Counted from the first letter of the stretch, positions 46,035 to 56,437 are shown. The stretch: DNA of 64,000 nt from Anaerolineae bacterium (GCA_034435015.1 DAOTYH010000080.1:7536-71535), one strand, 5' to 3'. A program made the numbers and translations. Notes: generated by a model not told the origin, from the sequence alone.

Positions 46035-48335
46035 CTACCTCCGCGCACGGATTATATTTCGGAGGCTTGTGACAGTGGGCAACAGGCCAGTTATGGTTAG
46101 TGTCAGGCCGGCTATAGCCCGCGCAAAGGCCTCCCCTCCGCCAATGGCACTGCTGATATGCGAGATACCCTGCACCAGAAGGATTAGACCTATCCCGCTG
46201 ACTCCGATCCCCATAGTGCTCATGCCGAGATAAGCAACCCGACTGCTCCTGACCAGCCCTCCTATACCCATGAAGATCAGGCCGCCGCCCACGATAATCA
46301 TGCAGGCGCCGCCAAGCAGGTTGGCCTGTGGCGAAGCACTGCCGGTCAGCATGACAATGGGGCTACAGAGGATAGTCAGTGCGCCCGCGAAAATGACGCC
46401 TGCCCTGAGCAATGTATGGAGCCAGTGGTAAGATCGTCTGTGCCGTTTGGACCGGCGCAAGGGCTGGGTCTGCGGAAGATAGGCTTCCTCCGTCGCGATA
46501 GGCGTCAGGCGGGGTTGTGTTTCCTCTATGCTGGTTGGGTAAGTCAGGGGCAGACGCTCTGGCGCTTCCGCTACCGCCACACCCGTTGCCGATTGAAGCA
46601 CAGGCTGTGGATGGGAGCCGTTCCCGCTTCCGGTCGGTGTTTGCGGAGGCTGGGAGCTGACCGCCGAACGCCGTAGCAGGGGGAGCAGAGGCTCGCTGTT
46701 ACCTGCACGCTCGCCAGCGCTGGCTCCTTCTTTGTGGCTGTGGTAATAGCCATAGCCATAACCATAGTAATAGTAGCTGCTGTAATGGGCTGATCGGGTC
46801 TTGATGCCGGTCAGCACAACCCCGACCACTCTGGCATTCACCCGTTCCAGTTGCTTGACAGCCTGTTGGGCCAAGCGCAGTTTTGTCTTGCCAACCCGTA
46901 GCACAAGCAGTATTCCGTCCACATGCGGGCCAAGTACCGATGCATCTGCTACGGCCAATACAGGCGGCGAATCAATCACGGCTATCTCGGCCTGTTTGGT
47001 CAGTTGGTCAAGGATTCGCCGGGCGCGGTCTGAGTCAAGAAGTTCAGTCGGGTTGGGGGGAAGCGGCCCTGATGCCAAGATAGACAGGTTAGGCACGCCT
47101 GAAGCCTTGAGCACCCGGTCCATGTAGTTCAGCGGCTTAACAAACAGATCGCTGAGGCCACTGCCCGTCTCTATTCCAAACAGCGAATGCAGGGTCGGAT
47201 GATGGAGGTCAGCCTCCACCACAATCGTTTCGCGACCGTTAAGTGCCAATACTGCGCCCAGATTGGCCGCCACAGTGGTTTTGCCGTCTTGCGGTGAGGG
47301 GCTGGTCACCAGCAGGAGCTGGATGCGGCGATCCACGCCAGCGTATTGTATATTGGTACGCAAGGCACGGAACGCCTCAGCAGTCACTGAACGGGGCTTC
47401 GTAACCGTGATCAGCATACCATCCTTTGGGTCAATCTCTGCGATCATTCCCAGGGTGGGCAATCCCAGTAGCTGAGCTACCTGATCAGGTGACTTGACTG
47501 TGTCATCCAGCATTTCCTTGGCAAAAACCGCCGTAACTCCCAACATGAGGCCAAGCAGTCCACCCAAGACGGTGTTCAAGATCAAGTTGGGGCTGATCGG
47601 CTCAGTCGGCGGGGTGGCTACCTTAACCTGAATCACGTTCGAGGCGGCCTGTGCCTCGGCTATCCGAATTTGTTCGTAGCTCTCCAGCAAGCTGGCGTGA
47701 GTCTGGCGGTACTGGGCCAGCAAAGTCTCCAGACGGTCGCGCTCAGCCCGGTCTTCAGGGGAGTTCCTCAGCGCGTTGATCTGTTCTGTCGTCTGCCGGA
47801 TCTGCTCCTCCATATCCTGAAGCTGTTGCGCCAGGCTTGCCTTTGAAGCGGCATAGCGCGAGGATTGAATAGCTTCCGTCTGTTCAATGAATACCTGCAC
47901 CAGCGTATTGGCAATAGCCGCGGCTTCTTCCGGGTCACGCCCCTCGACTTGTATCTCGATCAACTGAGTGTCTGGAACACGCCGTGCTGAAACCATCTCC
48001 TTCAGTGTATCAATGTCGTATCCCAGCTCAAGCCGCTCGATGGTTGCCTCAAGTATAGGCTGCTCAGTCAGCAACTGGGCATAAGTACGTGCCCGCCGCT
48101 CGCTGGCCAGCAACGAGTTGTAGTCATCAGTGCCTGTGTAGGGAGCCTCGTCAATCAGCAGGGTGGTTGAAGCGGCGTAGGTTGGCGCAATGAAATGACT
48201 GGCTCCAAATGCTAATGCACCAGCCAGTATGGCGGCCAAGATAAGCAACCATAAGTGCGACCAGATCAACAGCAGGTAGGTTCTGGCATCTACAGACGGG
48301 TATCTGCTTGATTCATGAGTAAGCTCGGTTTGCAT
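46035..48335 (-). CDS. Wzc-type polysaccharide co-polymerase/tyrosine autokinase with an extra C-terminal linker and 4 hydrophobic segments
   Basis: Wzz-like N-terminal domain, PISPNLILN, AEAFRALRTNI, Walker A SPSPQDGKTT, VEAD, DSPPVL..ADA, and a Tyr cluster YSSYYYYGYGYGYY. Confidence 0.9.
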   Translation of the reverse strand: MQTELTHESSRYPSVDARTYLLLIWSHLWLLILAAILAGALAFGASHFIAPTYAASTTLLIDEAPYTGTDDYNSLLASERRARTYAQLLTEQPILEATIERLELGYDIDTLKEMVSARRVPDTQLIEIQVEGRDPEEAAAIANTLVQVFIEQTEAIQSSRYAASKASLAQQLQDMEEQIRQTTEQINALRNSPEDRAERDRLETLLAQYRQTHASLLESYEQIRIAEAQAASNVIQVKVATPPTEPISPNLILNTVLGGLLGLMLGVTAVFAKEMLDDTVKSPDQVAQLLGLPTLGMIAEIDPKDGMLITVTKPRSVTAEAFRALRTNIQYAGVDRRIQLLLVTSPSPQDGKTTVAANLGAVLALNGRETIVVEADLHHPTLHSLFGIETGSGLSDLFVKPLNYMDRVLKASGVPNLSILASGPLPPNPTELLDSDRARRILDQLTKQAEIAVIDSPPVLAVADASVLGPHVDGILLVLRVGKTKLRLAQQAVKQLERVNARVVGVVLTGIKTRSAHYSSYYYYGYGYGYYHSHKEGASAGERAGNSEPLLPLLRRSAVSSQPPQTPTGSGNGSHPQPVLQSATGVAVAEAPERLPLTYPTSIEETQPRLTPIATEEAYLPQTQPLRRSKRHRRSYHWLHTLLRAGVIFAGALTILCSPIVMLTGSASPQANLLGGACMIIVGGGLIFMGIGGLVRSSRVAYLGMSTMGIGVSGIGLILLVQGISHISSAIGGGEAFARAIAGLTLTITGLLPTVTSLRNIIRARR

Positions 48336-50209
48336 GATTCTTCCCATCCAGACATCACATCACGAGGTTGATAAGTTTCCACCAACGTCTTAAGCATGGC
48401 ATGGATGCCCGCCCTGTCCTGAGCACGGGCCGCCTCAAAGAGCTTTTCTAGGGCCGTGTCGAACGTCTCGTCATCATAGGTGGTTTGATGATTTGCCACG
48501 AAAATCTTGTTGTGCTTAGTAGCCGTCACGCCTTCTTCAAAGCTGAGTAGTTCCTCCGCCAGACGCTCGCCGGGCCGGATGCCGGTGTAGACAATGTCTA
48601 TATCAACGCCCGGTTCCAAGCCGGAGAGGCGGATCATGTCACGGGCCAGGTCTACAATCTTGACAGGCTCACCCATGTCTAGGACGTAAATCTCACCGCT
48701 CTTGCCGTGTGCCGCGGCCTGTAGCGTAAGCTGAACGGCTTCAGGAATGGTCATGAAATAGCGTGTCATATTGGGATGGGTAACCGTTACCGGCCCTCCC
48801 ATCTGAATCTGTTGCTTGAAGAGAGGGATTACACTACCGCGACTGCCAAGCACATTGCCGAAGCGCACTGACACATAAACCTGATCGGGCGGGGCTTTCC
48901 TCCCCGCCTGCGCCACTATCAGCTCGGTGACCCGCTTGGTTGCGCCCATGACGGAGGTGGGGTTTACGGCCTTGTCAGTTGAGATGTTAACGAAATGCCT
49001 GGCATTGTAGGCCAGCGCAAGATCAACCAGATTCTTGATCCCGCCAATGTTATTTAAGACCGCCTCGTCAGGATTGGCCTCCATCAGGGGAACATGCTTG
49101 TGGGCGGCGGTGTTGAAGACAATGTGAGGACGGTAGGTCCTGAAAATGTGCTCCAGCTTCCCTCGATTCTGGATGTCCACAATGATGGCAGGTGCCTTGA
49201 GATCGGGGAAACGGTATTCCAACTCTCGCTGGATTTCAACCAAGCTGTTCTCCCCCCGCCCGATAAGCAGAACAGCCGCCGGGTGGAAGCGTGCGACTTG
49301 CCGGGTCAATTCGGACCCAATTGAGCCGCCTGCGCCCGTGATCATCACAATACGTTCGTTCAAGTAGTCAGCTATGTCCCCTAGATCGAGGCGGGCCGGT
49401 TCACGCCGCAGGAGGTCTTCGATGCGCACGTCGCGTATTTCGGAGATGGACAGAAAGCCGTTTGTTGCCTCGTAGGCATGGGGAACAATGCGACAGCGTA
49501 CTCCGGCCTCATGGGCAAGTTCGAATACACGGCGGACGGTGCCCCCGGAGGCCGACGGCATAGCAATGATCACCTCGTTGATGTGATGCCGTGTGACAAC
49601 AAAGGGCAACTCTTCGATGCCGCCAAAAACAGGTAACCCTCCAAAGTACATGTGATGTTTGGAGGTATCTTCATCCAGCAGTCCAACAGGGTTCATCAAG
49701 GTCTGGGGGAACTGGCGCATACTCTCAGCCAGCAACACACCGGCGTCTCCTTCCGTTACGATCAACACACGCCGCTGGCTGTGTCCGGTCCTACGGCTTG
49801 CATTCCAAACGAAATATAGCCGCCATGCGAATCGCGCTCCGCCCAGCATCAGCAGAGCCAGCATCCCGTCCAGCAAGGGGATACTACGGGGGATCACAAG
49901 CTCGTCAGGCAGAGGAAAGGCGATCAGCAAAGTTGACGCAAAAAGCACGGTAGCCAGCCCGGTAGCCTTGATCAAGGTGAAGAGGTCCCAGACAGCAACA
50001 CGGCGCCATATCTGCCGGTACAGACCAAAAACGTACACAAGGACGCCCTTCACGGGCAGTGTGAGCTGGGTGTACAGCAGGGCCGCGCCAATGTACTGTG
50101 GCCAGACCTCCGTCGGCAGGCGCAGCATAAATGCTATTGGCGCCGCCAAAGCCCACAACAGCACATCAACTAAAAACTTCGAGGACAGCCGGCCTATGCT
50201 TTTCGACAT
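48290..50209 (-). CDS. Membrane-bound UDP-GlcNAc 4,6-dehydratase (PglF/CapD family)
   Basis: 4 N-terminal TM segments, ITGAGGSIGSEL, AAHKHVPLME, STDKAVNP...MGATKR, VRFGNVLGSRGSV, TRYFMTIPEA. Confidence 0.92.
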   Translation of the reverse strand: MSKSIGRLSSKFLVDVLLWALAAPIAFMLRLPTEVWPQYIGAALLYTQLTLPVKGVLVYVFGLYRQIWRRVAVWDLFTLIKATGLATVLFASTLLIAFPLPDELVIPRSIPLLDGMLALLMLGGARFAWRLYFVWNASRRTGHSQRRVLIVTEGDAGVLLAESMRQFPQTLMNPVGLLDEDTSKHHMYFGGLPVFGGIEELPFVVTRHHINEVIIAMPSASGGTVRRVFELAHEAGVRCRIVPHAYEATNGFLSISEIRDVRIEDLLRREPARLDLGDIADYLNERIVMITGAGGSIGSELTRQVARFHPAAVLLIGRGENSLVEIQRELEYRFPDLKAPAIIVDIQNRGKLEHIFRTYRPHIVFNTAAHKHVPLMEANPDEAVLNNIGGIKNLVDLALAYNARHFVNISTDKAVNPTSVMGATKRVTELIVAQAGRKAPPDQVYVSVRFGNVLGSRGSVIPLFKQQIQMGGPVTVTHPNMTRYFMTIPEAVQLTLQAAAHGKSGEIYVLDMGEPVKIVDLARDMIRLSGLEPGVDIDIVYTGIRPGERLAEELLSFEEGVTATKHNKIFVANHQTTYDDETFDTALEKLFEAARAQDRAGIHAMLKTLVETYQPRDVMSGWEESCKPSLLMNQADTRL

Positions 50210-51330
50210 CCGACCCTCCTGACCGCCTCCTCCAAAGCACAGGTGACTGTTTCAATCTGAGCCTCGGTCAGATTGTTGTGATAAGGGAGAGCGATTGTTC
50301 GTCTGGATATAGATTCGGTTATGGGGAGTTCAACAGGCGCTTTGAGGTAATGCCGCATGTAAGGTTGCGTGTGGATTGGAGAGAAGTAGCCGCGTACAGG
50401 CACTCCCTGCTCCGACATAGACTGCATCACCCTGTCGCGGTCAAACCCGTCTGCCAGCGTGACAACATAAACAAACCAGCTCATCCGCACGTATGGCCTG
50501 ACGATTGGCGGACGTACCCAGTCGTATACTTGCAGGCGGCGGGTATATCGGCTTGCCACTTCTTCGCGCTTCTGGAGGAACGTCTCGATCCGCTTCAGTT
50601 GAGATACTCCTAGAGCGGCAGAGAGTTCGTCCAGCCGATAGTTGTAGCCGAGCCGTTCGTGTTCCAGCCATGATCCCATCTCGTCCCGGCCCTGATTGCG
50701 GAGGCTTCGGGCGATGTTTGCGATCTCATCATCATTAGTCACGATCATGCCGCCTTCGCCAGTGGTGATCTGCTTATTGGGGTAGAAGGCAAATGCCCCT
50801 GCCCGGCCAAACTGCCCGATCATGCGCCCCTTATATTGCGCTCCTAGTGCTTCACAGCAGTCATCTATCACCGTCAGACCATGCCGATCAGCAATTGCTT
50901 GGATGGCATCCCATTCCGCTGGATGACCAAATACATCCACTACCATGATGGCTTTTGTGCGGGCTGTGATCTTGCGTTCCAAGTCCTCCGGGTCTATCGT
51001 GAAGGTGTCAGGCTCAATATCTACGAAGACAGGTACAGCCCCCTCAAAAAGGCAGACATTCACGCTTGCCGCAAATGTAAAGGAGGGGACCAGTATCTCA
51101 TCCCCATCTCCAATACCCAGCGCTTTGATGATCAGGTGCAGGGCGGCTGTCCCTGAACTGACGGCTACAGCGTGTTTGACGCCAACGTAGCTGGCCATTT
51201 GCTTTTCGAATTCCAACGCATAGGGACCAAGAGCCAGCCGGCCAGATAACAGCGCATCCAGCACAGCCTGTACATCAGTCTGGTCAATATCTGGTGAAGA
51301 CATTGGGATCAGCTCGGTCATTTCACTCAC
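50194..51330 (-). CDS. DegT/DnrJ/EryC1/StrS sugar aminotransferase (PglE-like)
   Basis: SSGTAALH, DCCEALGA, FYPNKQITTGEGG, GYNYR. Confidence 0.92.
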   Translation of the reverse strand: MSEMTELIPMSSPDIDQTDVQAVLDALLSGRLALGPYALEFEKQMASYVGVKHAVAVSSGTAALHLIIKALGIGDGDEILVPSFTFAASVNVCLFEGAVPVFVDIEPDTFTIDPEDLERKITARTKAIMVVDVFGHPAEWDAIQAIADRHGLTVIDDCCEALGAQYKGRMIGQFGRAGAFAFYPNKQITTGEGGMIVTNDDEIANIARSLRNQGRDEMGSWLEHERLGYNYRLDELSAALGVSQLKRIETFLQKREEVASRYTRRLQVYDWVRPPIVRPYVRMSWFVYVVTLADGFDRDRVMQSMSEQGVPVRGYFSPIHTQPYMRHYLKAPVELPITESISRRTIALPYHNNLTEAQIETVTCALEEAVRRVGCRKA

Positions 51331-51953
51331 CTGATCACCTCAGCCGGAATACCGGCAACTGTGGTCCCTGCCGGAACATCGCGTATCACAACTGCCCCTG
51401 CCCCAACCACGGCCCAACTCCCTATGCTGACCCCCGGCAAGACCGCACTCCCAATACCAAGTAAAGCTCCTTCGCCAACCCGGACCCCGCCCGCTAGATG
51501 GACACCCGGGCAAATATGGGCATAGTTTTCTACTGCGCAGTCGTGGTCAATGGTAGCTCCTGTGTTGACAATTACATGCGCTCCGACCCGGCTGTCTGGC
51601 TGGATCACAGCCCCTGCGAAGACAACTGTGCCGTCTCCCAGCGTAGTAGACGGGTGGACATAAGCGCAGGGGTGAGAAACGCTGACCCATCTCATGGCTT
51701 CAAAGCGCAATGCGAGTTGCCGGCGCAACGAATTGTCACCTATGCCAATCACACCGAACGTGCCCTGCTCAGGGGTGAAGCTGGCGATACTGCCTGTGAC
51801 AGGCACACCAAGCACGGCCTGCCCTTGCTTGGACGGGTCGTCATCACGCACTGCTGTAACAGCCCACCCAGCCGCCTGCAGGGTGCTGATCACAACTTTG
51901 GCGTGTCCCCCGCCGCCTAATACCACTACGATCCGCCGGGCTGGATCATTCAT
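51327..51953 (-). CDS. Sugar O/N-acetyltransferase (PglD/NeuD family)
   Basis: GGGGHAKVV, IGDNSLR, hexapeptide repeats, VNTGATIDHDC, GIPA. ATG at 51953. Confidence 0.9.
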   Translation of the reverse strand: MNDPARRIVVVLGGGGHAKVVISTLQAAGWAVTAVRDDDPSKQGQAVLGVPVTGSIASFTPEQGTFGVIGIGDNSLRRQLALRFEAMRWVSVSHPCAYVHPSTTLGDGTVVFAGAVIQPDSRVGAHVIVNTGATIDHDCAVENYAHICPGVHLAGGVRVGEGALLGIGSAVLPGVSIGSWAVVGAGAVVIRDVPAGTTVAGIPAEVIR

Positions 51954-52557
51954 TGTCTGTCCCTGTAAAAACCGGCATGGTATGATGGGCGGGGGCGCTG
52001 ATCCCCTCACGCCGCAGAACGGTCAAGACCGTCATAGCTAGAATCTTCAGATCAAGCCACAGGCTGTAGTGATCAACATACCATAGGTCATAGGCGAACC
52101 TCTGTGCCCAGGTTGTTGCGTTGCGCCCATTGACCTGTGCCCAGCCCGTGATGCCGGGTCTGACCTCGTGCCGCCGGGCCTGCTCAGGGGTGTATCGGTC
52201 AAGATACTCGATCAGCAAGGGACGCGGCCCGACGAGACTCATCTCCCCCTTCAGGACATTGAACAGCTCAGGTAACTCGTCTAAGCTGGTCTTCCGTAGC
52301 CAGAGGCCGAAACCGGTTAATCTGTCTGCATCGGGGAGGAGATTTCCTTCGGCGTCACAGTCGTTGGTCATTGTACGGAACTTAAGCAGGGTGAAGGGCT
52401 TCCCACAGAGGCCGGGGCGTTGTTGAAGAAATAAGATGGGCGCCCCTAACTTGAGGCGTACCAGAAGGGCAACCACTGCCATAACCGGCAAAGTGATGAC
52501 AAGCAGAGGTATGGTGAGTGCTAGGTCCAGCAGGCGCTTGCCAAGACGACGGTACAT
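51946..52557 (-). CDS. Priming phosphoglycosyltransferase (PglC-type sugar transferase)
   Basis: KRLLD, FRTM, RKTSLDELPELFNVLKGEMSLVGPRP, PGITGWAQVNGRN. Confidence 0.92.
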   Translation of the reverse strand: MYRRLGKRLLDLALTIPLLVITLPVMAVVALLVRLKLGAPILFLQQRPGLCGKPFTLLKFRTMTNDCDAEGNLLPDADRLTGFGLWLRKTSLDELPELFNVLKGEMSLVGPRPLLIEYLDRYTPEQARRHEVRPGITGWAQVNGRNATTWAQRFAYDLWYVDHYSLWLDLKILAMTVLTVLRREGISAPAHHTMPVFTGTDNE

Positions 52558-52617
52558 GATTCCAGCCCCTACCCCCATGAATGATCAAATAATAAGAGCC
52601 AGCAGGGGTCTATTCAC

Positions 52618-52646
52618 ATCGTAACTTTCCGGGCAGGCAGTCACAA
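52618..52646 (-). promoter_or_regulatory. Candidate sigma70 promoter of the pglC-D-E-F-wzc operon
   Basis: TTGTGA (52646-52641), 17 nt, TACGAT (52623-52618). Confidence 0.55.
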
Positions 52647-52742
52647 TGGGGGAAAACCCCTATCTTCTGAATTCCTTCACATTTCTCAAGGAAACTTGAG
52701 AAATGGAGTGGAACTACAGGCAATTACTACTGATGTTTTTGG

Positions 52743-54170
52743 TTGATCCAGTTGTACAATCCTGTTGAGATCGGTGAAGGGGGCACTCGATTGGGCGTAG
52801 TTCAACCTTCCGGCGGCAGGAATGCCTTACGGCCTCTCAAGTCTTCAGCGGCTATCACACTGGCCAGTGTTGCCGGCATTGCCGCTACGTCAGTAAACAG
52901 CCTTATCTTAGCCTTTATGCTGGGGCCTTCCGGGGTGGGGTTAGTTGCCACTCTGATCTCGATCCCAACCATTGTGATCGTCCTGTCAAACTGGGGGCTT
53001 CATTCTGCCGGCCTGTACCATCTGGGACAGCAGAAATATGCTGACGTTGAGATCGTTTCAAGCGTGGTATGGATGGGAGTGGCCATCGGCCTGTTGCTTC
53101 TAGGTGCTGGGCTGGCGGGGATGTCTATCCTGACCCGCTTAATCCCGGAGGCACCCGCTACACCGATTTTTCTGGCACTGGCGGCCATTCTGCCGCAGGT
53201 ATTACTTCTGTACTTTGGGGATATAGCGATAGGGTTAGGTAAAACAAGCACGGCTGTACTGATGCGTATCCTGCCCGGCGCCGGTTATTTGATACTGTCT
53301 CTGGGGCTGGTCGTCCTGTCCCGTCTAGGGGTGACAGGGGCGATGATCGCCTATCTGACAGGTATGTGGGGGGCGGCCACAGCCGGATTTGTATCGCTCT
53401 TTCGCTCTGGCGCTCTCCGTCTCACCGTGAGCTGGCCCTTTGTGAAAGAAGCCCTCCGCTTTGGTTTCCAGTCCCACATAGGAGATATTGCCCAGTATCT
53501 GGTTTACCGTCTTGATCTGCCGCTTGTCAGTTACTATGCCGGTCTGAGCGCCGCTGGCTACTATTCCGTTGCAGTACGGATTGCGGAACTGCTCTGGTTG
53601 CCGTCCAATTCGCTGAGGGCGGTCCTGCTGGCACATGTGTCTTCCTCACAAAACGCAGATGCAGATAAGCTGACGGCCCTATTGAGTCGGGTTTTACTTG
53701 TGTTCAGCGTGCTTGCCGCCATTCTCTTAGGAGCAGCAGGGCAGTTGTTGATAGGATGGATATTGCCTCAGTACCTTCCCGCTGTACCCCTGCTGTGGGT
53801 ACTACTGCCGGGGGTCGTGACAGCCTCTGTATTTAGGGTGCTGATCGGCGATATAACAGGGAGGGGAACACCGGGGCGTGTTGCCCAGATTACGGTAGGC
53901 GGCCTGTTAGCCGGCTTGGCTCTCTACCTGATCTTGATCCCCCGTCTTGGGGCAATGGGGGCGGCCCTGACATCCAGTGTCCTCTATTTCGGCGAGTATA
54001 TCGTGGTCCTGATCGTGCTGGCCAGCCGAAGCAAAATGCCGGTAAGGGATTTTGTATTGATCCGCAGGCAAGACCTGAGTGTTATGATGGGGATTGCCCG
54101 GCGCAACGCATCCAGTGTAACCGCCGCTCTCAAGGGAAGCTGGATTCATGTGGGGAATACAAGGCGATGA
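52743..54170 (+). CDS. Wzx-type oligosaccharide flippase (start uncertain, possibly TTG 52791)
   Basis: About 12 TM helices; FVKEALRFG, YRLDLPLVSYY.G..AAGYYSVA, LIPRLGAMGAA. Confidence 0.85.
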   Translation: MIQLYNPVEIGEGGTRLGVVQPSGGRNALRPLKSSAAITLASVAGIAATSVNSLILAFMLGPSGVGLVATLISIPTIVIVLSNWGLHSAGLYHLGQQKYADVEIVSSVVWMGVAIGLLLLGAGLAGMSILTRLIPEAPATPIFLALAAILPQVLLLYFGDIAIGLGKTSTAVLMRILPGAGYLILSLGLVVLSRLGVTGAMIAYLTGMWGAATAGFVSLFRSGALRLTVSWPFVKEALRFGFQSHIGDIAQYLVYRLDLPLVSYYAGLSAAGYYSVAVRIAELLWLPSNSLRAVLLAHVSSSQNADADKLTALLSRVLLVFSVLAAILLGAAGQLLIGWILPQYLPAVPLLWVLLPGVVTASVFRVLIGDITGRGTPGRVAQITVGGLLAGLALYLILIPRLGAMGAALTSSVLYFGEYIVVLIVLASRSKMPVRDFVLIRRQDLSVMMGIARRNASSVTAALKGSWIHVGNTRR

Positions 54171-55483
54171 TAATCCTGACCCTCATCCTGACATTGATGG
54201 CGTTCGGTATGGCATGGCTTTCAAAGCGCCGCTACGGTGACATACTGGCACCACTAGGTCTGTTCAGTATGGTCTGGTTTGGGATGCTGGCGCTGGAGAC
54301 GATACCTATCGTTTCCTACACGCCTGTCTCAGCGCCAACGTGGATTATGCTGGTCGGAGCAGGCATCACCTTTGCTGTTGGCGCTTTGCTTGTCTCACCC
54401 CCCTCGCTGAATCCCTCGCGGCCAGAGGGGGTCTCTGCCGGGCAGGGACGCTCTCACCTTCTGGGCATTGCGTTGATCTTTGCGATAGGGTTGATTGGAA
54501 CAGGGTCTTTCATCAGCTTGGTCAACAATCTGCTGGGATGGCAGGTGGTGCTTGAGGACCCGCGCCTATTTTTATATACCCGCCGCTTTGGTGACTTAAC
54601 CAAGCTGGGGGTCATTGGTATTGCTTATTCTTCTAACGTGGTCCTCCTTCCGCTAGTTGCCATGTACGTTACCAAGTACCGACGCATGCCGACCTGGCTG
54701 TGGGCTGTCGTCATTTATGCATTGGCTGTCATGCTGATGGACCCCTCGCGTACCATGTTGCTGGTTGCTCTTTCGTGGGCAGTCTTTGCGTGGCTCTATA
54801 TGGAGCAAAAGCGGAGAGCGGCACATACCCTTGCCCTCGCGGCGTTGGCTGTTGGTTTTGGGGTGTTCTTCCTCTTCAGCCAAGCCCGACTGCTGAAAGG
54901 AACTTTTGGCCCGCAGAACTATTTGTACGATTACTCCAACCTCCGCAATACGCCTTTTGAAGGCTTCTTGGATGCGTACATTTACGCCACCGGCTCGGTG
55001 CCGGCTTTTGATGTATTTGTGAGGCGGGTTAATCTGGATGGCTTCACGTATGGATTCGAGACGTTCGGTCCTGTTTTAAGATTGGCCAATGTGATTGACC
55101 CCCGCGTGCTGTACCCGAAAAGTGTCAGGGATTTTTCCTTGATCCCGTTTCCTTACAACACCTACACATTCCTTGATGCCTTCTACAGCGATTTTGGGTG
55201 GCTGGGGGTACTGCTGGGGCCTTTCCTCATGGGGCTTGTCAGCCAGAACCTGTATCGGAATGCCAGAGAGAAGGGGAATTTCCTGAGTGTCTATGCGGCC
55301 TCTTGGATGGCTTCCATCCTGCTCTCTACGTTCAACGTGAACCGATTAACGTGGATCATCACGTGGTACTATCTATTCATCGGGATTGTCTTCAGCCTGT
55401 TAGCGGCAGGGTCAAGACGTGCGGTGAATGGCCGCGCTGTTTCTCCCTCCCCCGCCGCTAGTGTGATCCGCCATGATATATGA
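54167..55483 (+). CDS. Wzy-type O-antigen/polysaccharide polymerase
   Basis: About 11 TM helices and a large loop with NTYTFLDAFYSDFGWLG. Confidence 0.8.
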   Translation: MIILTLILTLMAFGMAWLSKRRYGDILAPLGLFSMVWFGMLALETIPIVSYTPVSAPTWIMLVGAGITFAVGALLVSPPSLNPSRPEGVSAGQGRSHLLGIALIFAIGLIGTGSFISLVNNLLGWQVVLEDPRLFLYTRRFGDLTKLGVIGIAYSSNVVLLPLVAMYVTKYRRMPTWLWAVVIYALAVMLMDPSRTMLLVALSWAVFAWLYMEQKRRAAHTLALAALAVGFGVFFLFSQARLLKGTFGPQNYLYDYSNLRNTPFEGFLDAYIYATGSVPAFDVFVRRVNLDGFTYGFETFGPVLRLANVIDPRVLYPKSVRDFSLIPFPYNTYTFLDAFYSDFGWLGVLLGPFLMGLVSQNLYRNAREKGNFLSVYAASWMASILLSTFNVNRLTWIITWYYLFIGIVFSLLAAGSRRAVNGRAVSPSPAASVIRHDI

Positions 55484-55513
55484 CGCGAATCATACTCCCC
55501 GGAAGCATATCTC

Positions 55514-56437
55514 ATGGATGTCTCAATTGTCATCGTGAATTACAACACCGCACAACTCTCTGTCGCCTGTGCTGAGTCGATCCTACGGCAGTCTCTCCGC
55601 TCGCAGATTGAGATCATCATTGTTGACAATGGATCGGAGGATGACAGTGTTCCCCGCTTCAGGGCGTTGCCTCCGCCGGTGAGGCTGATCGAGAATGGGG
55701 TCAATCTGGGCTTTGCGGCGGCCAACAATCGTGGCATTCGGGAGTCAACAGGGCGCTATGTCCTATTGCTGAACAGCGATACCGAGTTTTTGGATGCCGG
55801 CCTCGACAGCCTGATTGACTATATGGACAGCGACCCTTCGGTAGCGCTGGTCACCTGCCGCTTGCTTAACCCGGATGGCTCTACGCAACCCTCGTTACGC
55901 CGCTTCCCGACGCTGGTGTCGGCCTTCATGGATGCCTTCCTGCTGACACCGATTATGGTACGTATCCCCTTCCTAGCCCCTCTGACATTGCTGGAACAGG
56001 ATTACACCAGCACTCATGAGATCGAACAGGCCGCCGGCGCTTTCCTGCTCATACGGCGAGGTGTGTTTGACCGTATCGGGCTATTGGACGAACGCTTCTT
56101 TGTGTATTATGAGGATGTGGATTTCTGCCTCAGGCTGAAGCAGAGCGGCTACCGAGCTGTCTATAGGCCGGATGTAGCTGTTCTGCATCGAAGCGGCGGC
56201 ACTTTTCGCGGCCATCGAGTCGCGGCTCATGCCGCGCGGCTGACCAGTAAGGTCCATTACTTCAGCAAGCATCATCCTGAACAAGTCTGGATCGTGAAGA
56301 TACTGGTGAGCTTTGAACTATTCTGGCGGACCTGTTTGGCACTGGCGTATGCGGTCTTCAGGCCTGCACAGGGTGACCGGCCAAACAGGATTTTTAACTC
56401 ATTCCTCAGGACACTGAAGGCAAGCTGGTCTGTATGA
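55514..56437 (+). CDS. Glycosyltransferase family 2
   Basis: SIVIVNYN, VDNGS, NLGFAAANN, LLNSD, YYEDVDFC. Confidence 0.92.
   Translation: MDVSIVIVNYNTAQLSVACAESILRQSLRSQIEIIIVDNGSEDDSVPRFRALPPPVRLIENGVNLGFAAANNRGIRESTGRYVLLLNSDTEFLDAGLDSLIDYMDSDPSVALVTCRLLNPDGSTQPSLRRFPTLVSAFMDAFLLTPIMVRIPFLAPLTLLEQDYTSTHEIEQAAGAFLLIRRGVFDRIGLLDERFFVYYEDVDFCLRLKQSGYRAVYRPDVAVLHRSGGTFRGHRVAAHAARLTSKVHYFSKHHPEQVWIVKILVSFELFWRTCLALAYAVFRPAQGDRPNRIFNSFLRTLKASWSV

Noticed and set aside
46742-46790. Hexamer micro-repeat (CCATAG/CCATAA) as a contingency locus
   Set aside because: It simply encodes the YG repeats of the Wzc Tyr cluster.
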